Source of the DNA: Azolla caroliniana
Taxonomy: Eukaryota > Plantae > Polypodiophyta
Direction: 5' to 3'
Length of the DNA stretch: 64,000 bases
Assembly: GCA_043228905.1 (NCBI GenBank)
Contig: JBHGNT010000004.1
Span: forward strand, 18,476,001-18,540,000
Of this stretch, positions 31,932-46,150 are shown piece by piece. Within the stretch, counting starts at the first letter, position 1. Every line of letters begins with the position of its first letter. The notes under the pieces were generated by a model that made no database searches, was not told where the DNA came from, and saw only the letters and a list, made by a program, of their open reading frames with translations. Made by a program: the position numbers and the translations under genes.

Positions 31932-34900
31932 GATCTGTACAGCCCATTAGTGGTTCCATTCCTTCCAAGCAAGTTAGCAATGTGTTCCTAGACCAAGTCA
32001 TTGTTAGTACTAAAAGTAATCCCCCAGTACCCGTCCTGGCACTTTTAGATTCCGGAGCTAATTCCTGTTTCATGGATCGAAATTTTGCCCAAGCTTCTCA
32101 AATATCCTTAAGAAAACTTCCTTGTCCCGCATCTTTAGTAGTCATTGATGGTCGTCCCATTGCTTCTGGGAATATTGTAGAAGAATCAGAACCCATTCAA
32201 GTTGTCCTAGGTAGTTTTGTGTGTGTAGTATCATTTAATATAGTTAGTAGTACAGAGCATCCCATTGTCCTAGGATTACCTTGGTTTGAATTACATAATC
32301 CAACCATAGATTGGAGAACAAGAGAAGTCTGATATCAACCACCCCAAGAATCTACTCACTGAGTTCCGACCATTTCACTCCATCAATTACGTGAAGAAGG
32401 ACACAAGGAGGCAATGTTCCTATTTGCAATATCAGTACATCCTTCCAGCACTATTAAGAAGGAGTCCTCAGTACAACTTCCGGCAAAATATCATCCTTAT
32501 GCTGATGTATTTGACAAGGTAAAAGCCGGTACCCTTCCTCATCACCGTCCCTATGACTATCCCATCGATTTACAACCAGGAACCGAGCCACCATGGGGAC
32601 CAATTTACAAATTGTCACCCACCGAGTTAGAAGTCCTTCGAGCCTACATAGAGGAGAACTTGGCAAGCGGGTTCATCCGTCATTCGAAATCTCCGGCCGG
32701 TGCACCCATCTTCTTTGTCAAGAAGAAAGATGGCTCACTTCGTCTCGTCGTTGATTACCGCGGATTGAATAAGGTCACCATCCGGAATAGGTATGCACTT
32801 CCTCTTATATCAAGTCTTTTAGAGCGAGTTAATGGTGCAAGTTTTTTACCAAAATTGATCTACGAGGAGCGTATAACCTCGTGCGGATCCGACCGGGAGA
32901 TGAATGGAAGACCGCCTTTCACACGCAGTATGGGCATTTCGAGTATACGGTTATGCCGTTAGGCCTAACCAATGCACCCGCAGTCTTCCAACACATGGCA
33001 AATGATATATTCAGAGACCTCTTGGATATCTGTTTGATCATCTATTTGGATGATCTATTGATTTATTCGAAGACCCAGGAAGAGCACGATTCTCATGTAC
33101 TATTAGTACTAAAGCGACTCCGCGAGAATGGTCTTTATGCCAAGCTAGAAAAATGTAGCTCTGACTGCAAGCAAGTGGAATTTCTAGGCTACGTCATCTC
33201 CTCAAAGGGCATCGCCATGGGTCCAGCTAAAGTCCAAACTGTACTAGAGTGGCAAATTCCACAGTCGGTACGAGATGTACAATGTTTTCTAGGTTTTGCT
33301 AACTTCTACCGTAAGTTTATACAGGATTACTCGAAGATTATTTTACCTCTCACACAACTTACGAAGAAGGGCCAAGCATTTCTTTGGTCCATTGAAGCAG
33401 ATATGGCTTTTCGGCATCTTAAGAAAGCCTTTACACCAGCACCGATTCAAGCTCATGTGGATACAAGCAAACCATTCATCATGGAGGCCGACGCATCATA
33501 TTTCTCCCTCGGTAGCATCCTTTCTCAACAAGGAGATAAAGAAGAGTTGCATCATGTGGCTTTCCATTCGCGTAAATTCGATGTCGCAGAAATCAACTAC
33601 GAAATACATGACAAGGAGTTATTCGCCATCGTGGATTCATTTGTGCAATGGCTGCATTTCTTAGAGGGCTCTCCACATCAGGTCATTGTCTTTAGTGATC
33701 ATAAAAATCTTGCTTATTTCCAGAACACTCGCGTACTAAATCGACGGCAAGCTCGGTGGGCGCAATTCCTCACGCGTTTCGACTTCAAAATCACATATCA
33801 ACCGGGGACGCAGTAAGGAAAAGCAGATGCACTATCACGGCGTTCATATCTTGCACCTCGTCCTGGTGATCCAACATTTGATAATCAAAAGCAAGTAATC
33901 TTGGGACCAACACGATTGCACACGACGCGGATTTTTCACAACCCGATGGATTCACGGATTACCGATGACATACATGCAAACTTGAGGATGGATAGTTTTG
34001 CTCAAGACATCCTGGCACACATTGATACTTCTCGAGCATCCTGTTCTTAGTCTCAACAACCAGGTATTGACTACCAACAATTCGAACATCATGATGGTTT
34101 TTTATTCTTTAAAAAGTGTGTATATGTCCCCGATTGCTCTTGTCACCTTCAAATCATCCAGCATTGTCACGACACCCATACGGCGGGACATTTCGGTAGT
34201 ACTAAGATGTTGGAGCTAGTGCAACAATCTTTTTGGTGGCCCCACATGTGCCGTTTTGTCGACGACTACGTTCGGACCTGTGATGCTTGCTGCCGAGCAA
34301 AGATGCCACGACACCATCCATATGGGTTGTTGGAACCCTTACTGATTCCAAGTAAGCCGTGGCAGTCTATTTTTCTTGATTTTATCACAGATCTGCCGGT
34401 CTCGAAGGGGTTCGATGCTATCTTAACTGTCATCGATCGATATACGAATATGGCACATTTTGTGCCGTGTACTAAGCCCATCACTAGCGAGGAAACTGCC
34501 GCCCTTGTCATGCGTGAGGTATTTCGGCATCATGGCCTCCCAGACAGTATCATCAGTGACTGAGGACCGCAATTTGTCTCCAAATTTTGGCAGCATCTCT
34601 TCAAAATGCTCAAGGTCTCTTGCAACCTCTCCTCCGGCTACCATCCTCAGACCGATGGGCAGGCGGAATGAACAAACCAAATGCTGGAGCAATATCTCCG
34701 GTGTTTCCTGAGTTATCAACAAGACGATTGGGCTGAGATTCTCCAGTTTGCGGAGTTTGCGTATAATAATGTTCACTCCTCGACTCGAGTCTCCCCATTC
34801 TATGCTTATACCGGTTGCTGGTCGGTGATCGACACCCTGGAGCTACCTACCAATCCTCGTGCCGGGGATCATTTGGAGAGACTACGCAAGGTCCAGACAG

Positions 34901-35407
34901 ATCTCTCGACTCATCTTCGTCATGCTCAATAGACACAGAAGACTTACGTGGATCGTCACCGGCTTCCCTCCTCTTTTGCCATCGGAGATCGAGTATAGCT
35001 CTTACGTCGTCACATCAAGACTACTCGACCGTGCGACAAATTGGATTATTGACGACTTAGTCCTTTCCGTATTACAGGTAAGGTTAATGATGCATCCGGT
35101 TTTCTATTGTTCTCTTCTCGAACCTTATAAAGCAAACACCATTCCCGATCGTGTTACACCGTCGCCGCCCCTGCTGGAGTTGGACGCCGGCCCGGAGTAT
35201 GAAGTTGTTGCCATCCTCGATTCCAAACCTGTTCGCAACAAACTTTATTATTTGGTCGATTGGCTTGGTTATAGTCCGAGTGAACGCACTTAGGAACCCA
35301 TCGAACATGTTGCCAATGCTCAGGTTCTGCTTGCTGATTTCCACTTAAAGTATCCGAACAAACCCGGTCCGCAATCAGCGCAGACTCATTCCACTCGTCG
35401 TCTTTAA
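31880..35407 (+). pseudogene. Chromovirus pol (PR-RT-RH-INT-chromodomain), multiple stops and frameshifts
   Basis: ORFs 31886-32332, 32414-32962, 32881-33816 and 34207-34563. Chromodomain EYEVVAILDSK..YYLVDWLGY at ~35195-35300. Confidence 0.93.
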
Positions 35408-35863
35408 GGGGGAAATAGTGTCATGATATGGCAAGACTCGAACCCATGACCTTATGCTACATGGGTCAAGCTCTAACCATTAAACTATGAATTGTAATAC
35501 ATAGGATATTATTTTCATTTATGCTTTATCATAGAAAATTGATGTATATTCCAGATCTCTCTAGAACATTCTAGAAGCTTCAGGATTATTCTTGAGAACA
35601 CTATAAAAGAGGGCACTAGGCATTATGTTGAACCAAATTGGTTCAACGCCAATCTTAAGCCTCTTAGCCACTTTGTACTTATCTTTTCACATAATATATT
35701 AGCTGTTGTCATCATCTTTATCTCTCTCTCATTCTCGCTATATCTCTCTCTCCTCTTCTCACTTCCTCTCTCGGGAATCTTACACAGTCCCGTCCTCTTA
35801 GTACTAATAGTACTGCTCTTCTTTAGTACTAATTCCATCTCTGCTTTAGTACTATTCCTGACA

Positions 35864-37007
35864 TTAGGTATGGTACAAAATGAAGCTCTTTTAAAGGAGG
35901 TGAAAGCTTTATTGAGAGTGGGTTTCATTTACCCATGCAGGGTTCTGAGTGGGTGTCACTAGTCGTTATAGTTCCGAAAAAGAATGGCGAGTGGCGGGTA
36001 TATGTCAACTTGAAACACTTGAATGCTTCAACCAAACGAGATCATTTTCCACCTCCTTTCCAAGATGAGATTTTGGATGAGATTACTAGGCATGAGTTAT
36101 ACAACATTTGCGATGGTTACTCTGGTTATTTTCAAATAAGAATTGCCGAAGAAGACCAAAGAAAAACAACATGTATTACTCTTTGGGGTTGTTTTGCATA
36201 TAGGTGTATTCCCTTTGGATTAATTAATGTTTTGTTTACTTTTAATCGTTTGGCTAATCATATATTTCAACCCTTTTTTGGAAATTTTGTAAGGGTGTTT
36301 ATCGATGGTTAGTAATGCTTGGACATGTGGTATCTCTTCAAAGACTAAGGTGGATCCATCAAAGACTAAGGCACTAGAAGCTCTACCTTACCCGAACGAT
36401 ATTAAGTCATTGGAAAGATTTGTACAAAAGTTGTGTTATTTTGAAAGGTTTATCCATATGCTAGCCCAAGTACTTTATCTGTTTAGAGTCATCGTACGCA
36501 CCAATGCCTTTGTATGAAATCCTTTTCTAGAAAAAAAAATTGATACAATAAATGATCTATTATCAAAAGCTCTTATCCTCAAGCCTCCTAATAGTAGTTC
36601 TGCTTTCTTCCTTTCTCTTAGTGTCAGTTCTCATGTTATTGGTGTTATTCTTATGCAACAAGATCCTCATAATAAACTTTATTAGTAGAGCCATAGGTGA
36701 TGTGTAAAAGACATTCATGGATATTGAGAAGTGGATGTTAACCCTAATTTATGCATGCAAAATGTTTAGGAGTTTTCTAATTTCCCAACACCTTGTAATC
36801 ATCACTTGTATGCCCTTGCTACCACATATTCTCCAACATGTTAGTGTGTTAGCTAGGATTATGAAATGGGCTCTCCAATTAGTTGAATATGATTTTGAGG
36901 TTAAGCTTGAGTCTACCATGCGTGTGGAGTTGGCGGATCATCTCACTTTTAGAGAAAACCTTAGTGAGAAAGAATTGGCAAAGATAAGAGAAGCTCTTCC
37001 TGAATAG
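35864..37007 (+). pseudogene. RT/RNase H remnant of the old Tat-like host element
   Basis: ORF 35935-36312 (WVSLVVIVPKKNG..DGYSGYFQI..VFIDG) and ORF 36717-37007 (ARIMKWALQL..LADHLT). Confidence 0.85.
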
Positions 37008-39420
37008 TTGCTGAGAATCGAACTCAACTTCCAATAAAAACAGGTTTCATACAAGCTGGACATACCATGCTAGTTTTGTAAATAGTAGAAAGGGCCCTTG
37101 CCCTAGTTTAGGTGGTATTTAAACCAAGCTTTTGTAACTTTGATACTGTTGGAGGATAATATACATTCTTCTTGGTTAAGAACTTTCTCTCTCCTTTCTC
37201 TCTGTTACGTAAGACACAGTCCTTCCGCTACATACAATCACTCTCATTTCTTTACATGGTATTAGAGCGCGTGGTAGCTTGATCCAAGCCCAGACTGAAG
37301 AAACGCGTTCACGAAGAGCCGGCTAATCACTGCACAATATTTTCATAGACCGAAGAAACAGAGAAAAAATCACCATGAATACTCAGATGATCAACACTCT
37401 TCCTACGGAATACTCGACAAGACAAACTTCGCATCTTGGGAGTACAAGGTGCATCAGGAGCTTGTCAGACAAGGATATTGGAGCTATATTGAAGGAGCTC
37501 ACGAAACGCAACCCAACCTGACACACGCTGACTACCCAGCATGGAAGCAGGCTACAAGCCGTGTGTTGTATTTCCTTGCATCATGCGTACATGATTAGAT
37601 GCTTGGCTATATTCGAGAGGCGAAAAGGCCAAAAGAAGTGTGGGGCAATCTCAAGAAGATTGTCACGGCCAATACAGTTACCCACAAGCTCCATCTTCGT
37701 GAGGAGTTGAATGACATTCAACAAAGGGACATGTCAATCGGCAGCTACGCCTTGAAGATCAAGGAGTTGTGTGATGCCCTCGGGTCGATCAATGTTGGCA
37801 TTGGCGACGAAGAAATGGTACAGATATGCCTCAGAGGCTTGGCACCTTGATTCAGTGCAATAAGGTCCACCGTCCTTGCAAGAGAAAATCGTACGACCTT
37901 TTTCGATCTCTAGTCAATATTGCTGGTCAAGGAAAATCATGCCCGACAAAGGAGCAACACACCAGAGGGTCAGATGCTCTACTGCCAGTTGGATGATAGA
38001 AGAAATTTTGGTCGTGGAAATAGAGGTTGATTCGGACAAGGTCGTCACGGTCAGTAGACCCAAGAGCGTAACTCCCACCGATGGCAAGCGGACAGGTACA
38101 ATCGTAGAGAGTTCGGTAGAAGGGGGAGTCATCACGCTAGACCAAGCAACCGTAATAACCCAATCAAATGCGAATACTATAGAAAACTTGGTCACTACAA
38201 AGAGGAGTGCCGAAAGAAGAAATGAGAGTCAGCTTCAACCAGCTGACAGTTCACGAACTACGCATCGAATTCCTACTACGACGATCATATCGGAATGTTC
38301 ATGAATTACGCATCGAATTTTGACTATGATGATCGTAGAAGAATGTTCATGATGAGGCACAAAGTGTACTGAATGGTGACACAAGGTGAAACAAGCACCA
38401 CGCCCTCAGAGAATGTATGGTTTGTTGACTCGGGAGCATCCAACCACATGACGTCTCATGAAGATTGGTTTCGGGAATTATGAAAACCCGAACGTCCCGA
38501 ATATGTCTAGACAGGTGATGACACGACTCATCCAATACAGCATATCGGAAACGTCCCATTCGGAAACGACAGCAAACAAACCTACCTCGAGAACGTATTG
38601 CATGGTCCTACTATAACGAAAAAATTGGTCTCAGTCGGCCAAATTGTCGAACAAGGAATGCAAGTATGATACAACAATGATGGGTGCTTTATCGAAAGAG
38701 GCGATCGAGTCGTTGCTCATGGCCGTCATGAAGGCCGTATGTTTGTCCTCGAATCAAACGAGGTAAAATCAGCCATGTTTTCAAAGGGCCTCAAAGTCGA
38801 CACCAACTTAAACTTGTGGCACAAGAGAATTGGTCACATCAATCTCTAGAAGCTTTAGAACATGCAATTGAAAGGAGTCGTAATCGGACTCCCGAACTTT
38901 ACCGCGAAGAGATTACGAGCGTATGCGAAGCATGCTAGTTTGGAAAGCAACGTAGGCATCCATTCTCGAAAGAGGTGAATGTGAGCAAAGGGATCCTGGA
39001 TGTCGTACATTCAGATATATGGGGACTGGCCCAGACAACCACACTCTGCGGATGCCGATATTATGTCACTTTCATCGATGACTTCTCTAGGCACACCAGG
39101 ATTGACCCGATGAGACAGAAGAGCAAAGTGTTTGGATACTTCCAAAGGTTCAAAGCCAAAGTCGAAAAAACTACGGGTCGGCACATATGTTGCCTTCGAT
39201 AAGATGGAGGCAACGAATATTTCTCGAATGAGTTTAAGGCGTATCTCGTAAAGGAAGGAATCAGACGAGAATTTTCATGCCGTGACACACCTCAGTAAAA
39301 CGGTGTAGCCGAGCGGAAGAACTTGCACATAGTAGAGGTTGGACGGGCAATGATGAACGAGAAGAACCTGCCAAAATTGTACTGGGCAGAAGCGGCGAAC
39401 ACGGCCGTATACCTCATGAA

Positions 39421-42400
39421 TGTTGGTTATATATATATATGTATATACGTATGCGGAAACGTCTGAGGACCTGTTCGCTTATGCTTAGAAAACAACACAC
39501 ACAGAAAATACAGTGAATGAAGACTTAGACAGTAGATTGAGCTTTAATGGAAAGCTTCTTATTACTTTGTTCTCACTCAGAGATACAATACTCTTCTTGT
39601 CATCAGTCATTACAATGTTAGGCATTCACCTATAAACTAAGCCCTAACTTATTAACGAGTTCACATTCGGACAGATACAATTTGGAAGGAGTTGGCCTTT
39701 TATGCCAACAAACTCCTCCGTAAAAGGACTACTCTTTTGTACATATAAAAATGTTGTAAACCTAGATTACAAGTTTAACTAGATTTTATGTTACAAGTCT
39801 GTCGGCAAAGGTATAGTATGAATGTCGGTCAGCTCTTACCTTCTACTCCTCGTTCGGCTTTCTTTTGCTCGGTCACATGTCGTAGCCCCATCTTCGTGCT
39901 TAGTGTTCCGAAGCGTTGATCTAGGAGTGGCTTCGTCAGGCAATCGACGATGTTCACCTCGGTGTCGATCTTCCGTATTTCAAGTTTCTTCCAGCTCACG
40001 AGCTCTCATATATGATGATACCGCACCTCAATGTGCTCCATCTTCGCATGGTAAACAAGATTATTGATGAGGTGTATTGCACTCTGTGAGTCGCAATAGA
40101 TACTCGGCGTTGGTCGGGCTATTCGGTTTGCAGCTCCGAAGTTGGCACACAGTCGGTGTAGCCAGATTGCTTCCTTCGCTGCTATGTACTTGGCTTCTGT
40201 GGTAGACATGTGCACTCCTGAAGTTTTGACCTCCATGATATTGTACTGCCACCATAGGTGAAGATGTAGCCTATTGTCAATTTCCGATTATCTGTGTTTC
40301 CAGCGTAGTCGGAATTGGTGTAGCCTTCGAGTTCGGCTGATGTTGTTAGTCCGAAAGTTAGTTGTGCATCCATGGTTCCTTCTAGATACCTAAGGATGTG
40401 TTTGATGGCCTCCCAATGCTTCCTTCCTGGGTTAGACATGTACCAGCTGACCACCGCTACAACATAGGCTATGTCAGGTTGGGTCGCCACCATTGCGTAC
40501 ATGACACTTCCTACTACCGATGCGTAGGGTATCCTTCCATTAAGCTCTCTCTCCTTGTTCGTTAAAGGAGATTCTCTGTCCGATAGTCTAGTCGACGTCA
40601 GAAGTGGTGTTGGTGTTGGCTGCGCATTCTCCATGTTGAAGCGCTTTAGCACTTTCCGGATGTATTCGGACTGGGAGAGTCAGAGAGTCTTGGTCGTCCG
40701 ATTTCTCTCCATCCTCATGCCCAATATGTGTCGGGTTTGTCTTAGTTCCTTCATCGCAAATTTTGCGTGAGGACTCTGCTTTAGCTTTCCGATCTTTGCT
40801 TGATTGCTTCTTGCAATCAGCATGTCATCGACATATAGGATCAGGTAGATCCTGAACTCGTCGGCGAGTTGCCGAACATACATGCATGGGTCAAAGTTTG
40901 ATCTACTGTATCCAAGTTGCCATATCTAGGAGTCAAATTTTTGGTACCACATCCTCGGCGCTTGTATGAGGCCATATAGACTTTTCTTTAGTCGACATAC
41001 AAGGTGACTGTCCTCCCCTGTTGCCGTGAAGCCTGCCGGTTGAGACATGTATATGTCTTCTTCCAGATCTCCGTGTAGGAATGCCATCTTTACGTCCATC
41101 TGCTGGAGCTCTAGGTCTTGTGTCACCACAACTCCCAATAAGAGTAAGAGGGTGGTCATCTTGAGTACCGATGAGAATATCTTGTCGTAGTCAACCCCGT
41201 ATTCCTGTTTGAATCCCTTTGTGACAAGTCGAGCTTTGTACTTGGGTTTTTCTGAATCGGATACATACTTGTATCGGAATACCCATTTGCAAGATAGTGG
41301 CTTTCTTCTTGTTGGTAGTTCGACCAACTCCCATGTCTGATTCTGTTTCGGATTTCATGGCTTGTAGCCATGTTTTGGCGTCCGGTGCGGCCATAGCTTC
41401 GTCATACATGCTTGGTTCGCTTGCATCCGTGTAGTTGACGTAGTCGAGGCCCGGTTGATAGAATTCTATTTGCCTTCGAGCTCGTCCAGATCTCTTGAGT
41501 GCCGCGATGTTGGGTTCGGATCCTTCAATCGGTTCTCCTAGTCGATTGGTATTTGTTGAACCATCTGTATCAGGAGTCTTGTTAGGTGTCCCGCCCCCGG
41601 ATTGGGATTTTGGCGGTGTCTGGGTGTTCTCTCCTATAGTTGTCGACTCGGTTCTAACTTGCCTCTTAGTCACTCTGCCTTTGTCAACTCTAGTCAATTC
41701 GGTAGTGTCTTTGATGGCGTTTTCTTTGAGTTCAATGATTGGACTTGTTGCTGATTTAGTGTCACAGGGAAGCAGTTAGCTGGTTGGAGTTCAATTGTTT
41801 GTTAACTCTCTGATTCAGCCTGGTGGGCGGTCCTTCTACGACAGTTCTGTCTTCTTCAAAGGATACCTTCTTACCAACTGTTTTCTGTTGGTTCCGTTGA
41901 GAGAAGATAGAGTCTTCATTGAAAACTATGTTGCTGCTCCGAATCCGTTTCTGGTTCTCTAGTTCTTGCTATCTTGCACTCCTGCCTGTTTCCTAGTCGG
42001 ACTATGCCGCTGGAGTTGGCTCAATAGTTTGAAAACCATTCATTGTTTAGGGTTACGTGAAATGTGGCACTGGAGTCCAGTAACCATGTATGTGTAACTT
42101 GTGCACTATAGAGGACTTCTCTGATCACCGAATCCTCTAGGGAGAGGATTTCTCTGGATCAAGTGTCGGCAACATTGACCTGGTTGTCGACTAGAGAGTG
42201 GTCCAAGTCGGAACATCCCCAATTCCGCTCAGATCTCCGACCACTCTCTTTTCTCTTTATTGACCAATAGTCGAAAACATTGTGGTCAGCTTTCCTGCAA
42301 TGTGTGCAGTACTCGCTTGATCGACCTGTTTTTTACTTCGACCGATGTCGGTCTCCCCTCGTTTTTGATCGGTTGTAGCGTCGACCTATTCTGCTGGCTT

Positions 42401-42759
42401 GTTCTTTTGTTCAACTCAGTCTGTCGAACGACTCGGTCGAGTANNNNNNNNNNNNNNNNNNNNNNNNNNNNNNNNNNNNNNNNNNNNNNNNNNNNNNNNN
42501 NNNNNNNNNNNNNNNNNNNNNNNNNNNNNNNNNNNNNNNNNNNTCACACACAGAAAATACAATGAATGAAGACTTAGATAGTAGATCGAGCTTTAATGGA
42601 AAGCTTCTTATTACTTTGTTCTCACTCAAAGATACAATACTCTTCTCGTCATCACTCATTACAATGTTAGGTATTCGCTTATATACTAATCCCTAACTTA
42701 TTAATGAGTTCACATTCGGACGGATATAATTTGGAAGGAGTCGGCCTTTTACGCCAACA
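39421..42759 (-). mobile_element. Degenerate Ty1/Copia element nested in the integrase of the preceding Copia; spans an assembly gap
   Basis: LTR 39421-39710 and partial LTR 42544-42759. TSD ATGAA. RT and RH fragments 40006-41400 (QMDVKMAFLHG, LYVDDML). Confidence 0.9.
42444..42543. other. Assembly gap (100 N)
   Basis: Run of 100 N. True size unknown; the gag part of the nested Copia is probably missing here. Confidence 1.
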
Positions 42760-45237
42760 ATGAACAGGTGCACAACCTCAAGTGTACACGATGCAACCCC
42801 CCACGAGAAGTTTCTTGGTAAGAAGTCGAACTTATCACATGTTCGTATTTTCGGCACAATCGCTTATGTGCATATTCCCGATTATACGCGACTAAAGCTT
42901 GACCCAAAGTTAGAGAAATGTATCGTCGTGGGATACTCACTCGAACAGAAGGGGTACAAATGCTACAATACATCTACCCGAAAAGTTTGAACAAGTTGAG
43001 ATGTCGTTTTCGACAAGTCCGCATCCTGGTACGTGCCAGAGACAACTTCGACTCCGACTCCACTCGACCTGGAATATGCCGAAATAGAGGAAGAAGCCGA
43101 AGATCGACATACGCACATGTTCGACAAAAGTTCAATCACTACCTGAAGTAGTGGACCACAAGAACCTTCGAGTGATCAAAGCACATCTCGACCGAGTCCG
43201 AAGCTGGACAAAGGGAAGGCGAAAATGGCGGAGTATGAAGAGGATCACGTTGACGGCAACGAATCGACTCACTCCCTGAATAGTGAGTTCAAAGGCCTCC
43301 AGATCCGGACAAATGGAGCGAAGAAAGCCTTAGTATCATCAAACGAAAAGCTGAGAGAAGAACCCTATAAGCCGTTACTGCTACAACGAGTACATGGCAT
43401 ATCATTACGCCTTTATGAGGAAGGTAGAGTCAGTACGGGAGCCGGAAACCCTTTCCGAAGCCATAAAGGATTTGCGATGGGTCGACGCGATGAATGAAGA
43501 AATGCAAAAATGAGATATGGGATCTCGTTCCTCACATTCCGCACAAGAATGCAATTGGTTGCCGATGGATTTACAAAGTGAAACACAACGTCGATGGCTC
43601 CATTAGCTTCAAACCACTTCTCGTTGTGAAAGGATACGCACAAGTGCATGGAGTTGACTGCGAATAGACCTTTGCTTCAGTGGCAAAGATGACAATTGTG
43701 CGAACCGTGGTTGCAATCGCAACAACAAAAGGGTGGCACCTTCATCAGATGGACGTGAAGAACGCCTTCCTCCAAGGGGAATTAGAGGAGGAAATGTACA
43801 TGATCCAACCACCCGGCTTTGAATCGCGCAATCATCCGAACATCGTGTGCCGACTCAAGAAGCCACTCTACGGCCTCAAACAAGCACCACGTGCGTGGCA
43901 TTCGAAGATCACACAATATCTTCATCAAATCGGATTTCGAATGTCAAAATCTAATAACTCTCTGTACATGCGAAACGTGGATGACTTGGTCATTGGAGGA
44001 AAGGAGCTCGCCGAGATTAACAAGGTCAAATCACTTCTCTCCGGCAGATTCGAAATGAAAGACCTTCGCGAGCTACATTACTTCTTAGGCATCGAAGTAA
44101 TTCGGCCACAAGTGGGGATAATAATCTCACAATGACACTACATCCTCAACTTACTCTACAAGTTCAGGATGACAGAGTGCAAACCTATGTCCACCTTGCT
44201 TGACAATAATCTCAAGCTTGATGTCGATTCTGACACACCCGAGTGCAAGTCAACTTAGTATCTTGGTCAGCCTACTCAGCCAATTAATGCAGAATCTTGA
44301 TTGCGCTAAGAGGGTACTTCGGTACGCCAGTGGTACGATGGATTACGACGTCAAATGCAGGTCAAATATGATAATTCGACTTGAAGGGTACACAGATGCG
44401 GATTGGGCAGCTTATAAAGCGAATAGACGGTCAACATTAGGATTCGTCTTCTGCATCGGCAACGGAGCAATCTCATGGAGTAGCAAGAAGCAACTAATAG
44501 TCGCATTGTCGAGCACAGAGGCTGAAGACAGGGGCGCAACGGTCGCCATGTGCAAAGCCGTATGGCTCAAGTATATACTGAAGGATCTGGGTGTACCCAT
44601 CAAGGATAAGCATGTCTATACTACAATAACATCAACAGTATCTACCTGGCGTAGAACCCCGTATTCCACGCGCAAACTAAACATGTCGAACTGCACTACC
44701 ACTTCATCGGCGAACGCATGGAGGCCGAAGATATAGACTTACACCACATCAGCATGAATCTACAGGTAGCCGACATTTTCACGAAAACCCTGGGTATCAA
44801 CAAGTTGGGGCAGTTCGTGTCAAACCTTGGTCTATCTCTTCCCGACCAACCGAGCTTGAGGGGAGTATAGAACAGTGAACCGATCGATTGACTGAAGCCG
44901 AACACAACCAAAAAGCCGAACAATCAAAGTTCGAAACGTTTGAAGACCGATCCAAAACAATGTTTTGAGATCCAAAAGTTGTGTTCAAAGGGGCGTGTTG
45001 AGAATCGAACTCAACTTCCCATAGAAATAGGTTTCACACTAGCTCATGGACATACCATGCTAGTTTTGTAAATAGTAGAAAGGGCCCTTGCCCTAGTTTA
45101 GTTGGTATTTAAACCAACCTTTTGTAACTTTGTTACTGTTGGATGATAATATATAGTCTTCTTGGTTAAGAACTTTCTCTCTGTTGCGTAACACACACAA
45201 TCCTTCCGTTGCATACAATCACTCTCATTTCTTTACA

Positions 45238-45625
45238 ACCAAATATGGAGGATGCTTTCACATTATTCTTTGATGGAGCTTTTCGTAAGGCGGCACATTC
45301 GATGGTTGGCGGCTTTATTATTGAAAACCCTATGGAGAGATTGTACATATGGAAGGTACTAATTTATCCAACGCCAATACCAACAATGAAGCTGAGTATG
45401 CCACTTTGTTCTATAGCCTTCAAATTTGTAAGGCACGAGATATTAAAAGATTGATCATAAAAGTTGATTCTCTTTTGGTTATCAAACAAATTCAAGGAGT
45501 GTGGAAATGTCAAAGTGATGGCTTACATACGTTTTTTAAGGAGGCGCTAACTTTAATTAAGTGTTTCCATAAAGTTCAGTTAAAACATGTAAGTTGATTG
45601 GACAATAAAGAGGTTGATGCACTTG
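45238..45625 (+). pseudogene. Additional (archaeal-type) RNase H domain of the Tat-like host
   Basis: TLFFDGAFR..TNNEAEY..IKVDSLLVIKQIQGVWKC..HVS..NKEVDAL (ORFs 45209-45454 and 45349-45597). Confidence 0.85.
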
Positions 45626-45686
45626 AAGAAGTTGAAACTTGAGACAATATGCATTTTGGAAGTGTGAAGATGCGAAATCTCATATG

Positions 45687-45789
45687 TGTCAGGAACAGTA
45701 CTAAGACAGAGAAGGAATTAGTACTAAAAGAAGTATTAGTACTAAGAGAGGTGAAGAACTCTAGAGAGAAGGAAAGAGTGAGTGATAGG

Positions 45790-45845
<56 letters not shown>

Positions 45846-46141
45846 TGATAAGAGAAGATATATATTATGTGAAGAGGATGTACAGTAATAGCTAGGAATC
45901 TTAAGACTGGTGTTGAACCGATTTGGTTCGAAATAATGCCTTGTGCCTCCTTTTATAGTGTTCTAACGAATACTCTTGAAGTTTCTAGAATGTTCCAGAG
46001 AAATCTGGAATATACATCAATTTTCTATAATAAAACATAAATGAAAATAATATTCTACGTATTATAATGTATGGTCTAATGGTCAAGAGCTCAACCCATG
46101 TAGCGTGAGGTCATGGGTTCGAGTCTTGCCATATCATGACA
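45687..46141 (-). mobile_element. Solo LTR of the tRNA-headed chromovirus family, inverted
   Basis: Reverse complement aligns end to end with 30219-30662. TG..CA ends. TSD ATATG/ATATA. A box TGGTCTAATGG at 46072 and B box GGTTCGAGTC at 46116 read on the + strand. Confidence 0.93.
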
Positions 46142-46150
46142 ATATAGAGG

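Larger units (their letters stand above)
30219..35863 (+). mobile_element. Full-length chromovirus (Tcn1/Tf-sushi-like Ty3/Gypsy), disrupted ORFs
   Basis: LTRs 30219-30662 and 35419-35863. TSD TTAGG. PPT AAGGGGGAAATAG. Sushi/PEG10-type gag, PR LLDSGA, RT YLDD, integrase and C-terminal chromodomain. Confidence 0.97.
37009..45237 (+). mobile_element. Degenerate full-length Ty1/Copia element containing a nested Copia
   Basis: LTRs 37009-37256 and 44996-45237. PBS TGGTATTAGAGC at 37257. gag ~37376-38300, integrase 38800-39420 plus 42760-43000, RT 43500-44140 (QMDVKNAFLQG), RH to ~44870. TSDs do not match (ATAGT vs ACCAA). Confidence 0.9.

Noticed and set aside
46060-46141. Functional tRNA gene (also in the LTRs and satellite units)
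   Set aside because: A and B boxes are present but the acceptor and anticodon stems do not pair convincingly, so it is reported only as a tRNA-like module.
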